Positions 8,499-17,086 of a stretch of 25,422 bases of DNA are shown here, piece by piece (within the stretch, counting starts at the first letter, position 1; each line of letters starts with the position of its first letter). The notes below the pieces were generated by a model. It did no database searches, was not told the origin of the DNA, and saw nothing but the letters and a program-made list of their open reading frames with translations. A program made the translations under genes and the position numbers. The DNA is from a bacterium (GTDB lineage Bacteria > Zhuqueibacterota > Zhuqueibacteria > Oceanimicrobiales > Oceanimicrobiaceae): contig JBHHYI010000048.1 of assembly GCA_046757525.1 (NCBI GenBank), forward strand, positions 1-25,422, in the 5' to 3' direction.

Positions 8499-8504
8499 AG
8501 CAGT

Positions 8505-8576
8505 GTGAAGAAACAAGAATTATTGAAAAAACTTCTGTCCGGTTCAAAGAACATGCACATGGAGGCTGAAAAATGA
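8505..8576 (+). pseudogene. hicA: Internally deleted HicA toxin remnant (MKKQELLKKLLSGSKNMHMEAEK*)
   Basis: A 23-codon ORF not in the supplied track. Its N-terminus resembles the KLLxKxLSGSKN start of HicA proteins, the GSH catalytic core is absent, and the stop overlaps the hicB start (ATGA). Confidence 0.7.
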
Positions 8577-8791
8577 AAGACTATCATATTAATGTATTTT
8601 ATAGTGAGGAAGACGAAGGATATGTTGCCGACATCCCGGACTTAAAGCATTGTTCCGCCTTTGGGGACTCTCCGGAGGCAGCGTTGAAAGAGGTTTTGAA
8701 GGCAAAGGAAGCCTGGCTTGCAGCAGCACGTTCCAGCAAAAAGCCCATACCCGAACCACGCTACCGACCTCTGATTTATCAAGTTGCGTGA
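8573..8791 (+). CDS. hicB: HicB family antitoxin (short form without an obvious DNA-binding domain)
   Basis: YSEEDEGYVADIPDLKHCSAFGDSPEAAL...PIPEP. GGAGG RBS at 8561-8565. Confidence 0.92.
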   Translation: MKDYHINVFYSEEDEGYVADIPDLKHCSAFGDSPEAALKEVLKAKEAWLAAARSSKKPIPEPRYRPLIYQVA

Positions 8792-8827
8792 GTTGGTTTA
8801 TTGCAGAAAGGAGCAGCCTGTAAGACA

Positions 8828-10693
8828 CTATCTCCCAAACAAACCGGCAACGTCCACGGTGAGTTGCGGCACGTAGGTGATCAGTAAAACCCAAATCGCG
8901 AAGATAGCCAGGAAGGGAAGTACGGTGCGCCAGATTTCCAGGAGGGGACGTTCAAAGCGCAGGGAGGCGAGGAAGAGATTCATGCCCACCGGCGGGGTAA
9001 GGTAGCCCAACTCCAGATTGGCCAGAAAGATGACGCCGAGATGCGCCGCATCCACGCCGAAGGCCAAACCAATGGGCACGATCAACGGCACCACCACGAC
9101 GATGGCGGAGAAGATGTCCATCAGGGCGCCGACCAGTAGGAGAATGCCATTGAGGGCCAGCAAGAAAAGCAGTTTTGAATGGATGACGGTCAGCACCCAC
9201 TCCGTTGCTTTCAGAGGAACCTGAGCATCGACCAGGTAGGAGACCAGCCCCAAGGCGAGCCCCAGGACCGCCAGCAAAGCGCCGATCAAGACGGCGGATT
9301 CGACCATGGCTTTCGGTAGGCCGCGGCGGAAATCCAGCTCTCGGTGAAAGAGCGTCTCTAAGAGAATAGACCACAAAGCGGTCAGGGCGGCGGTTTCCAC
9401 CAGCGTCAAGATGCCGCCAAAGAGGCCGACGAGCACCATGGCTGGTAGGATAAGATCCCCCTTGGCGGCCCAGGTGGCACTGAGCGCTTCTTTGATGTCG
9501 AAGGCAGGACGGTCCTCTTTGTGCCTGCGACTATTGAACAAACTAAAGCCCGCCAGCATGATCACCAGCAACAACCCTGGCACGAATGCCGCGAGGAAGA
9601 GGCGGTCGATGGCCACATGAGCGTAAACGCCGTACAGAATAACCGGCAAGCTGGGCGGGAAAAGCAATCCCACCGAACCCGAAGCCGTCAGCAAGCCCGT
9701 ACTAAAGCCTTTGTTCAAGCGGGCTGACAACAACACCGGCAAAAACAAGCCGCCCAAAGCCAGAATGGTGACGCCGGAAGCCCCGGTAATGGCCGTAAAC
9801 AGGGCGCAGCCGCTCACCGTTGAAATCGCTGCGCCGCCAGGCAACCAGCCTGTCCAGGCGTTAAGCAGGCGCACCAGCCGTTTTGGCGCGCCGCCGGCCG
9901 CCAGGATGGTTCCAGCCAGGGCAAACAGAGGCAGACTGGGCAATACGGGTTGGGTAACCAGGCGGTAGGTTTCAGCCGGCAAAGCTGCAATGGGAATGTC
10001 GGCAGAGTAGAAAAGCAGAAGTCCGGCGCCTCCGAGCACGGCGTAAAGGGGCATGCCCAGCAAGGCTAAGAAGGCCATGAGAAGCAAACCGGGAATGGTC
10101 AACAGGTTCCGGGCGCTGTCCGGAACCAGGGACAAGGCCGGACCCAAAAGCAAGCCCAGGATTAGAATCAGTCCTCTTTGGCGCCAACTGCTGGCGCTCT
10201 TCAGAAGCGTGCCTGCCGCCATGAACGCAAACGCCACAGGCATGGCGGTCTGCGCCAACCACACAGGGAACCAGCCGCCTAACGACTCAGGGCTTTCAAG
10301 TTGGAAATGTACCAGGATGCCAGAGGCCCAGGTCAGGCAAAGCAAAATGCCTACCGCACCGGCACCCGTCAGGAAGCGCAGAGCGTTGGTCAACCGCTTG
10401 TTGTTTAGAAAACTCGTAGTGGCAAAGGCTAAATGACGTCCTTGCATGGTTGCCAGGAAGGCGCCGAGAAGTCCGAGCCAGAGGGTAAGGTGCTGCACCC
10501 AGCCAGCAGCACCCGGGATGCCGATGCCGGTAAACCTGCGGGCAAACACTTCGAACAATGGAATCAGCACCAGGAGGACTAACCCCAACACCACGAGGAG
10601 GGAAGGCGCGTCCAGTGCAGCCTGCTCCCGGTGAGTGGGGCCGACTTCCACTTCAGGCCGGGTGACCACCAAAACATTATTGCCCATTGGCAA
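8828..10693 (-). CDS. TRAP transporter fused small+large permease (DctQM / TatQM)
   Basis: About 620 aa and very hydrophobic. N-terminal DctQ-like helices followed by DctM motifs (SGSVGLLFPPSLP, NLELGYLTPPVGMNLF). The start may be 10687. Confidence 0.92.
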   Translation of the reverse strand: MPMGNNVLVVTRPEVEVGPTHREQAALDAPSLLVVLGLVLLVLIPLFEVFARRFTGIGIPGAAGWVQHLTLWLGLLGAFLATMQGRHLAFATTSFLNNKRLTNALRFLTGAGAVGILLCLTWASGILVHFQLESPESLGGWFPVWLAQTAMPVAFAFMAAGTLLKSASSWRQRGLILILGLLLGPALSLVPDSARNLLTIPGLLLMAFLALLGMPLYAVLGGAGLLLFYSADIPIAALPAETYRLVTQPVLPSLPLFALAGTILAAGGAPKRLVRLLNAWTGWLPGGAAISTVSGCALFTAITGASGVTILALGGLFLPVLLSARLNKGFSTGLLTASGSVGLLFPPSLPVILYGVYAHVAIDRLFLAAFVPGLLLVIMLAGFSLFNSRRHKEDRPAFDIKEALSATWAAKGDLILPAMVLVGLFGGILTLVETAALTALWSILLETLFHRELDFRRGLPKAMVESAVLIGALLAVLGLALGLVSYLVDAQVPLKATEWVLTVIHSKLLFLLALNGILLLVGALMDIFSAIVVVVPLIVPIGLAFGVDAAHLGVIFLANLELGYLTPPVGMNLFLASLRFERPLLEIWRTVLPFLAIFAIWVLLITYVPQLTVDVAGLFGR

Positions 10694-11741
10694 AGCTCTC
10701 GTCCTTGGCTGCCCTCAAAGCATCGTCAAACCAGTCGGCTGGAATGATAGGACCGCGAATTTTTGGGTAGGCCGACCGCATTACAGAGCGCCATTCTTGG
10801 ATCTGTTCTTCAGTGGGCTTGATGACCTTGAGGCCGCGTTTCTGCATGGCTGCAATGGCATCTGCTTCCATGCGTCTGATTTCTGACTGCAGCCGTCGGC
10901 CGGTATCTTCGGCGATTTGCTTGAGAGGGGGTCGAAGCGAAGCCGGTACTTTTTCCCAGGCGCGTTTGCTCACCACCGTTGCACCTACCAACGGGGCCCA
11001 GGGCATGTCGATCATGTAAGGGGTGAATGGGAACCACTGGCTGGCCAAAGCCATGATGGCCGTGGTATTGTAGGCAGTGATCATGCCTGTCTGCAATCCT
11101 GGTAGGATGTCGGTCGCTGCCAGGGGGACCACGTTAAAGCCAGCAGCCTTCCAAATCTCAACGGTTCTGTCATCGCCGGACCAAACGAACAATTTAGATT
11201 TTTGCACGGTTTGGACCACGGGATTGGATTCCGGAACGAAAAAGCGCACCCAGCCAGCATCGCCCCAGTTGAGTACGATAAAGCCTTTCTGCTCCAGCAG
11301 GGCTTCCACTCGTGGCCCCAGTTCGCTACGCACCCGGTCCAACGCTTCCCAGGAATCGATGGCCATGGGAATGGCCAGCACGTTCACTGCTGGCGCGATT
11401 CTACTCAAGCCACCGTTGGTAATGGCAGCGGCGTGGAGCTGACCGATGCGCATCTTGCGCACCATATCGGCCTCGTCACCGGCAACACCGCCGGGGTAGA
11501 TGCGCAGAATAATCTGTCCGTTGCTCACATTGGACCATTCCGCGGCCATTTCTTTGAGAATCTCATGCCAGGGAGAGCCGCTGGGCGCAAGTGTGGCCAT
11601 TTTGATTACGATACGTTTTGTCAGATCATTTTTTTTATTGGAAGAAGGTTTTGCGGAAAGGTTAACGGAGAGGGAAGCTAAGATACAAATTGAGATGAAC
11701 CAACATGATGTGGTCGATTTTCTTTGCTGCAAACAGTTCAT
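10677..11741 (-). CDS. dctP: TRAP substrate-binding protein DctP (TatP-type)
   Basis: Signal peptide, IKMATLAPSGSPW and IYPGGVAGDEADMVRKMRIGQL. ATGA overlap with the upstream gene. Confidence 0.92.
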   Translation of the reverse strand: MNCLQQRKSTTSCWFISICILASLSVNLSAKPSSNKKNDLTKRIVIKMATLAPSGSPWHEILKEMAAEWSNVSNGQIILRIYPGGVAGDEADMVRKMRIGQLHAAAITNGGLSRIAPAVNVLAIPMAIDSWEALDRVRSELGPRVEALLEQKGFIVLNWGDAGWVRFFVPESNPVVQTVQKSKLFVWSGDDRTVEIWKAAGFNVVPLAATDILPGLQTGMITAYNTTAIMALASQWFPFTPYMIDMPWAPLVGATVVSKRAWEKVPASLRPPLKQIAEDTGRRLQSEIRRMEADAIAAMQKRGLKVIKPTEEQIQEWRSVMRSAYPKIRGPIIPADWFDDALRAAKDESFANGQ

Positions 11742-12883
11742 GACGCATCCTCCTTGTCATGGTTCTTTTGATCATACGTAGCCTTGTTTGAATCATCTTG
11801 ACCCTCCTCCGGTTCATCGTCGCTCAAGAAAAACAGGTCGTCTATGTTAGCCAGCAAGTCTTTGGCTTTGCGTTGTGCCAAAATATTGGCCAGACGGTTT
11901 TCCGGATACTGTTCTACGTCAAAGGCCACGGCCTGCGCCAACAACTCTTTGAAGCGTTTGCGGTCCTGTTGTTTGACACAAACCGACTCAGCCATGGAAA
12001 TTAGGGGGCCGATGGATCGCCCACCGTTGAATTTCATTGCCATCTTGAAGTGGAATTCCGCTTTGGCCAGGCCACCGCCTTCTGCCTCGGAACGGCCAGC
12101 ATCAAATGCGATGAAGAATTCGTGAATGGCCCCCTGGTTCCAGCCTTCATCGAGGGCCAAGGCGCGCTCTAACAACGCGCGCACGATGGGCACATCGCTT
12201 ACGAGCGCCATGTCGTTTTTGGCAACGGAAATGGCCGAACCCCAGGCCGCGCCAGTCCAATACAAAGCCGGCACATCTTTTTTCTTGATCTTAGAAACTG
12301 CGGCATCTGGATTAGAACGCAGGGCCTGAGCAATTCCTGGCGAACTGAGCTCCAGGGCTCGCAGGCCGTAGTTGCGCGCTCTCAGGAACAGGCGTTTGGC
12401 CCGTTCGCGTTGCTCGCGGGCTTCAGTTAGATTGGTGGCCTCCAGGGTCTGGGCAGGACGCAACACGTAGGCATGGGTGTACTGGACAAAGCCGGAAGCG
12501 GTGGCAATGAGGAGCTTCTTGTGTCTTGGGGTCGCTTGCAGCAGCGCTTCCATGGTTTTGAGGGCAAAAGGCAGCGCATCCCCAACCAATTCGGGATCGT
12601 CGTCTACGGCGTAAACGCTGGCGCCACTTTCGGTCAGCGCATTTGCCAGAGAATTAACAGCCAACTTCTTGACGGCACAACCCGTAAGCAGCCAAGTGCC
12701 AACCATTGCTAACAACACGCTACGGCTGATTTGTTTTATTTTAATCGTCACAAGCCAGAACGGGATTGTGCGAGCTGCGTTCTGAACTTGTGCACCGTTC
12801 CATCCATCTCCGAGGTCGCCCCACTTTTCCCTGTACTTCACAAAAATGGTCACAATGGAGCCTACTTCTGTCACATACATCAC
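11738..12883 (-). CDS. tatT: TRAP-associated TatT lipoprotein (TPAT system T component)
   Basis: Lipobox LLTGC, DDDPELVGDALPFALKTMEALL and a helical cryptic-TPR pattern, directly upstream of dctP. The start is uncertain; GTG 12874 or GTG 12751 is more plausible than 12883. Confidence 0.88.
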   Translation of the reverse strand: MMYVTEVGSIVTIFVKYREKWGDLGDGWNGAQVQNAARTIPFWLVTIKIKQISRSVLLAMVGTWLLTGCAVKKLAVNSLANALTESGASVYAVDDDPELVGDALPFALKTMEALLQATPRHKKLLIATASGFVQYTHAYVLRPAQTLEATNLTEAREQRERAKRLFLRARNYGLRALELSSPGIAQALRSNPDAAVSKIKKKDVPALYWTGAAWGSAISVAKNDMALVSDVPIVRALLERALALDEGWNQGAIHEFFIAFDAGRSEAEGGGLAKAEFHFKMAMKFNGGRSIGPLISMAESVCVKQQDRKRFKELLAQAVAFDVEQYPENRLANILAQRKAKDLLANIDDLFFLSDDEPEEGQDDSNKATYDQKNHDKEDAS

Positions 12884-13501
12884 CTCGCTTCAGTTGTATT
12901 TGTTGACTGGAAAGTGGCGAACTATCAGCCTTGGTTTGGTTGCGGTGGAGAATAGATTAAGAGAAGAGCTACAGTCGGGTTGAGTATCCACTCTTTCGTC
13001 CCCCAGTGAATTAAACCGAATCTTGCTTGTTAGGGTACAGCATGGGTCTGAGTGAGCTTGTTCCTAATTGCTCGAGGGGCTCAACATTTGTTGTGGGTCT
13101 TCCGTGACCATTGAGCTAAGAGAGATGTTACAGCAACCTCGAAGTTAATATTAGGATCTGGTTTCAACGACATCTTCAAATCCTTCAAGAGTAAATCTAT
13201 AATAATTTACTGACAGTTTGTGATTTTGCGTAATGTTTCGCAAGTTGTTGCGTCAAAACAAGACCCAGGACCTCTTTATTTGAAGTTGGTTCGGACAAAA
13301 GCCTGACTTCAACACTACAAAAAATGAATCCGATTCACAAGTTCTTAATATTTTATTTTTTATAACTTAGATACCAAGTTAGTAATTCAACTGAAATAGT
13401 CAAGAATTATGGCCAAAACTTAATGTTAATGACGAAGTTTTATTGAGGTTGCAGGCATTTTTTGTGGCTAAATTGAGGGAATGTTCTGAAAAAAATGGGG
13501 C

Positions 13502-13530
13502 GTGCTACGCACTGCAAAAGTGCGCAGCAC
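13502..13530 (-). terminator. Hairpin downstream of the minus-strand M16 peptidase
   Basis: Minus strand GTGCTGCGCACT-TTTGC-AGTGCGTAGCAC (12 bp, one G-U pair), followed after 7 nt by T7. Confidence 0.55.
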
Positions 13531-13540
13531 TTGGGTTGGC

Positions 13541-16378
13541 CTAATTCATGAAAACCTGGTCCAGCGGCACAATCTTAACCTGGTCCGGCTTGAAGTCCAG
13601 TTTGTAATTCTGAATAATTTGGTCTTCTTTCAAAATGTCCGCCGGTTTTTCTGCGTCATAGGTAATCGGCGAAGGGGTATTGCTGATCAGTCTGTTGCGC
13701 AAATCTTCCGCATCTTTGGTGATGATGGCGAATTTGACGTTTTGGTCTTGCAGGTATTTTTGGACGACGCGATTAACATCGGCCAGAGTGAGTGTTTTCA
13801 AGTTTTCTGCCATGGTTTTTGTGAATTCGCCGATCCCGTAGTAGCGGCTGTCCAGGGCGTAGCCAAGCTGCCGATCCTGTGTTTTGGTCAGGATGTTTAC
13901 GAACTTCAGCAGGTAGTTTCTCGTGGCTTCAAAATCTTCCTGGTTCAGGCCTTCGGTGACCAGTTTGTTCAGCTCGTACATGGCGATGCGGATAGCGAAA
14001 TGGCCATTTACCGGCACCACGGGTCGGATCCAGACCTGGAAAATCTGCTGCTGCCGGTCCAAATTGGGATCCGGATGGAATTGGAACATGCCGCGCGGGA
14101 AATATTCGATGTAGGCGTAGTCGCCGTAGTTCATGCCTCGGATTTCGCGAATGCGCTGAAACAGGTGGCTGTTAGTGGAACGGTGCTCGCCAAAATAGGA
14201 GCGCACCAGCCAAAGGGCAGCAAAATCAGCATCCGCGCGCGTCACATCGATTGGGAAGCCAAATGAAATGGCGGTGGCCCGGGTTTCTTTTTGTACGATT
14301 TCCGCTTCGAGACCAGCAATCTTTTCCGGTTGCGGCAGTTGTATTTTTGCAGCCACACCTTCAGGCAATTTCCCTAAATCGCGTTTTACCTGATTCAAAA
14401 ACTCATCCGAAAAATTACCGGCCAAACCAAGCACGAGGTTGGCGCGGGTATAGTTCTGCTGATAGAATTGCTTCACATCGTCCAAAGTCAGTTTTTCCAA
14501 CGCAGCCACGTGGCCTAAATTCAAATGGCCATAGGGATGACCCTCGTAGATCATCTCGTAGAGAACTTCTTTGCCCAACTCCTCGTCGTTGTTGTTGCGC
14601 AAATTGATTTTGATGGCGTTGATCAAATTGGTTCTTACGCGGGTAAAATCAGACTCGTCCCAGGCGGGAGTCAGCAATTGCTGCGAAATGATCGCGTAGT
14701 AAGCGTTCAGATTGTCGCGGTGGGTGGTGCCGGTGAAAACCGTCATCTCTTTGTCCACTTGATTGGAGAAGTAAGCCGCCATGGGAAACAGGGCTTTTTG
14801 TATTTCTTCGTACTTCATGGCCTTGCTGCCGGCATCGGTGATCATGGCTGCGGTCAACTGCGCCAGGCCTTCCTTGCCTTTCGGGTCCAAAGCAGCGCCG
14901 ACGTTGAACAATATTCTGAAATTGATGATCGGTGAATCGTTGCGAATGAGCACGGATTCGATCTGAGGCGGCGCCTGCAAGTCTGCTTTGACCAGTTCAT
15001 CGACGGAGCCGGTCTTGTTCTCCTCGGCTGGCAGAGGCTCTTTGGACAGGGTTACGACCACCAGGCCGTCGTCGACAAAATACTCATTGGCCTTGGCCTT
15101 GACATCCTCAGGAGTGACAGAATCATAAAGCTTGTAGACCCGGTTCACAGTTTCCGGATCGCGGGTGCGGGCCACGTAACCCACGATGTTGCTGGCAATG
15201 GTCTCCGAGTTGTCCATGCTGTTGGCAAACGAGTACTTGAGATTGGCTTTGATGTCTGTTAGCTTTTTTGCAGACACGCTTTGGGTGCGCAGTTTGGCAA
15301 ACGTCTTCAAGATTTCATCGCGGACATACCAGGCATCGTTTAAATCTTTAACACGGGCCGCCACGGTGAGGAGATAGGGATCGACGTGATCCGGAAAATA
15401 GGACCACAGTTGGTCTACCTTTTGTTCCTTAACCACCAGCTTCTGGTAGAGCGGTGAGCTTTGGGAAAACGCCAGTTGAGAAATGACATCCATGGTGGCC
15501 ATATTGTTGCTTTCTTCCGAAAAGGCCGGGCCGTGAAATGCCACGGTCACCCAGGGTAGGGTTGGCGAAGCCCATTCAACGTGTTCGTACACCGGTCCGC
15601 CTGGTTTAGGTTCCGCCGGAATGTCGGCACGATAACTACCCCGCTTCCAGTTGCCCCAATACTTTTCCACCAGAGCAAACACGCGCTCAGGCTGAACATC
15701 GCCCGCCACAATGATAGCCGCGTTTTCCGGCCGGTAGTAGCGTTTAAAGAACTTCAGACTGTAATCGTACTGGTTGGGCATATTCTCGATGTCCTTGATG
15801 AAGCCCATGGTCGTGTGCTTGTAGGTGTGCTTCTGGAAGGCGGCATTGCGTTGCACTTCGAAAATCTTTCTGACCGGGTTGGCGGAATTCTTGTTGTACT
15901 CGCCCAACACGGCCCGCGATTCCGTTTTAAAATCTTCCACGCTGTATTTTAGATTTTGAAAGCGGTCCGCTTCCAACATCAGGATTTCTTCCAAATCTTC
16001 TTTTGAAAAGGTGGTGTGGTAATTGGTGAAATCGTCCGAGGTGAAGGCGTTCTGGTCGGCGCCGGCGTTTTTGAGAATCTCATTGTACTTTTCCGTTGGG
16101 TATTTTTCTGTCCCTTTGAACATCATGTGTTCAAAAAAATGGGCGAAGCCGGACTTGCCGGGTTCAACTTCGTTGCGCGACCCGGTCTGAACCGGAATCT
16201 GCAGTGAGACAATATTTGGGTAATCGGTCGGAATCACAACCACGCGCAGACCATTGGGCAAATCCTTGACCTCATATTTGTACGGAAAGATTTTGGAATC
16301 CGGGATATCCTCGTTCGCCATTATTCCTCCTACCACAGTTAAAATTAGCATACTGGTCCAAACCGCTATTTTCTTCAT
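13541..16378 (-). CDS. Secreted M16 (pitrilysin/insulinase, PqqL-like) zinc peptidase with both halves fused
   Basis: GFAHFFEHMMF (HxxEH), NAFTSDDFTNY and C-half REIRGMNYG (R/Y pair). Start moved to ATG 16378, which follows a GAGGGAGG RBS and gives a signal peptide MKKIAVW... Confidence 0.93.
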   Translation of the reverse strand: MKKIAVWTSMLILTVVGGIMANEDIPDSKIFPYKYEVKDLPNGLRVVVIPTDYPNIVSLQIPVQTGSRNEVEPGKSGFAHFFEHMMFKGTEKYPTEKYNEILKNAGADQNAFTSDDFTNYHTTFSKEDLEEILMLEADRFQNLKYSVEDFKTESRAVLGEYNKNSANPVRKIFEVQRNAAFQKHTYKHTTMGFIKDIENMPNQYDYSLKFFKRYYRPENAAIIVAGDVQPERVFALVEKYWGNWKRGSYRADIPAEPKPGGPVYEHVEWASPTLPWVTVAFHGPAFSEESNNMATMDVISQLAFSQSSPLYQKLVVKEQKVDQLWSYFPDHVDPYLLTVAARVKDLNDAWYVRDEILKTFAKLRTQSVSAKKLTDIKANLKYSFANSMDNSETIASNIVGYVARTRDPETVNRVYKLYDSVTPEDVKAKANEYFVDDGLVVVTLSKEPLPAEENKTGSVDELVKADLQAPPQIESVLIRNDSPIINFRILFNVGAALDPKGKEGLAQLTAAMITDAGSKAMKYEEIQKALFPMAAYFSNQVDKEMTVFTGTTHRDNLNAYYAIISQQLLTPAWDESDFTRVRTNLINAIKINLRNNNDEELGKEVLYEMIYEGHPYGHLNLGHVAALEKLTLDDVKQFYQQNYTRANLVLGLAGNFSDEFLNQVKRDLGKLPEGVAAKIQLPQPEKIAGLEAEIVQKETRATAISFGFPIDVTRADADFAALWLVRSYFGEHRSTNSHLFQRIREIRGMNYGDYAYIEYFPRGMFQFHPDPNLDRQQQIFQVWIRPVVPVNGHFAIRIAMYELNKLVTEGLNQEDFEATRNYLLKFVNILTKTQDRQLGYALDSRYYGIGEFTKTMAENLKTLTLADVNRVVQKYLQDQNVKFAIITKDAEDLRNRLISNTPSPITYDAEKPADILKEDQIIQNYKLDFKPDQVKIVPLDQVFMN

Positions 16379-16643
16379 GTTGAAGTAGCCTCCCTCTTTG
16401 AATGGAATTGTGAAAACGGGTGAATTAAGACTTGAAGTTTTGCAGCGAGTGAGAAATTCATTTGGCTTAGAAAAGATTGAACTCTTGTAGAGTACAACAT
16501 AGAAATAAACGTTTGTGTTAGCTTTTAGTTTCAAAATTCTTGTCGGCCCCGGAGGTAAGAATTGCGTTGCTTTCCAAATAAATTTTGTTTACATTGTCGG
16601 GTAATCCCGTGCAAGACTAACAGAGACTCCTGCAAAACACTTG

Positions 16644-16660
16644 TTACAATACTATTGTAA
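16644..16660. promoter_or_regulatory. Perfect 8-1-8 palindrome between the divergent peptidase genes
   Basis: TTACAATA-C-TATTGTAA. The related sequence TTACAATAGTCTTGGAA is at 17024-17040. Confidence 0.4.
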
Positions 16661-16698
16661 GAAGGACCGTGCCTGGAGCCTTCGAAAAAAGGCGCTAA

Positions 16699-16829
16699 TG
16701 TCATTCCGAATCGGGCGAAGGCCGGATGAGGAATCTGCAGGTGCACTTAACATTCTGAGTAAATGTAGAACAACGCATTAAGTGCGCATTCAGATTTCTG
16801 CTCGGGCAGCCGTCTGACTCGACATGACA
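16699..16829 (+). repeat. Nested palindromic element, copy C
   Basis: TGTCAT...ATGACA ends, GAATCTG/CAGATTT inner arms and innermost GTGCACTTAA (16741-16750)/TTAAGTGCGC (16778-16787). Confidence 0.75.
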
Positions 16830-16868
16830 GCACTGCCGAGCGGTTTGTTGTTCATAACCTGTAACTAA

Positions 16869-17033
16869 ACTATTGTGAATTTCATCTATTGGCCTACTGA
16901 ATGTCATTCCTGCATGGCGTAAGCAGGAATCCACTCGAAAATTAGGCACAAGATTCTCGATTAATCCGGCATACGCCGGACGGGAATGACAAACCTTGTT
17001 GCATTTAGATGCTGGTCGAAGTTTTACAATAGT
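16869..17033 (+). repeat. Palindromic REP/MITE-like element, copy B (core 16902-16991)
   Basis: TGTCATTCC...GGAATGACA core with internal hairpins TTCCTGC/GCAGGAA and TCCGGC/GCCGGA. Outer inverted repeats ACTATTGTGAA / TTTACAATAGT. Confidence 0.82.
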
Positions 17034-17086
17034 CTTGGAATAACTCAATTTAGCCGGGGTGCTCTAACACAAAAAGGAGGCGTGCG

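Noticed and set aside
12960..13020. GACGAAAGAGTGG on the minus strand, resembling part of a c-di-GMP-I riboswitch
   Set aside because: The flanking GGCAAAC and GACGCAAAGC consensus elements are absent.
16379..16534. 52-aa N-terminal extension of the M16 peptidase in the ORF track
   Set aside because: A good RBS and signal peptide begin at 16378; the extension is AT-rich promoter-like DNA.
16701..17048. 115-aa minus ORF, plus ORFs 16531-16746 and 16986-17198
   Set aside because: These are translations of the palindromic repeats (CHSR...GMT pattern) or out-of-frame overlaps with the peptidase.
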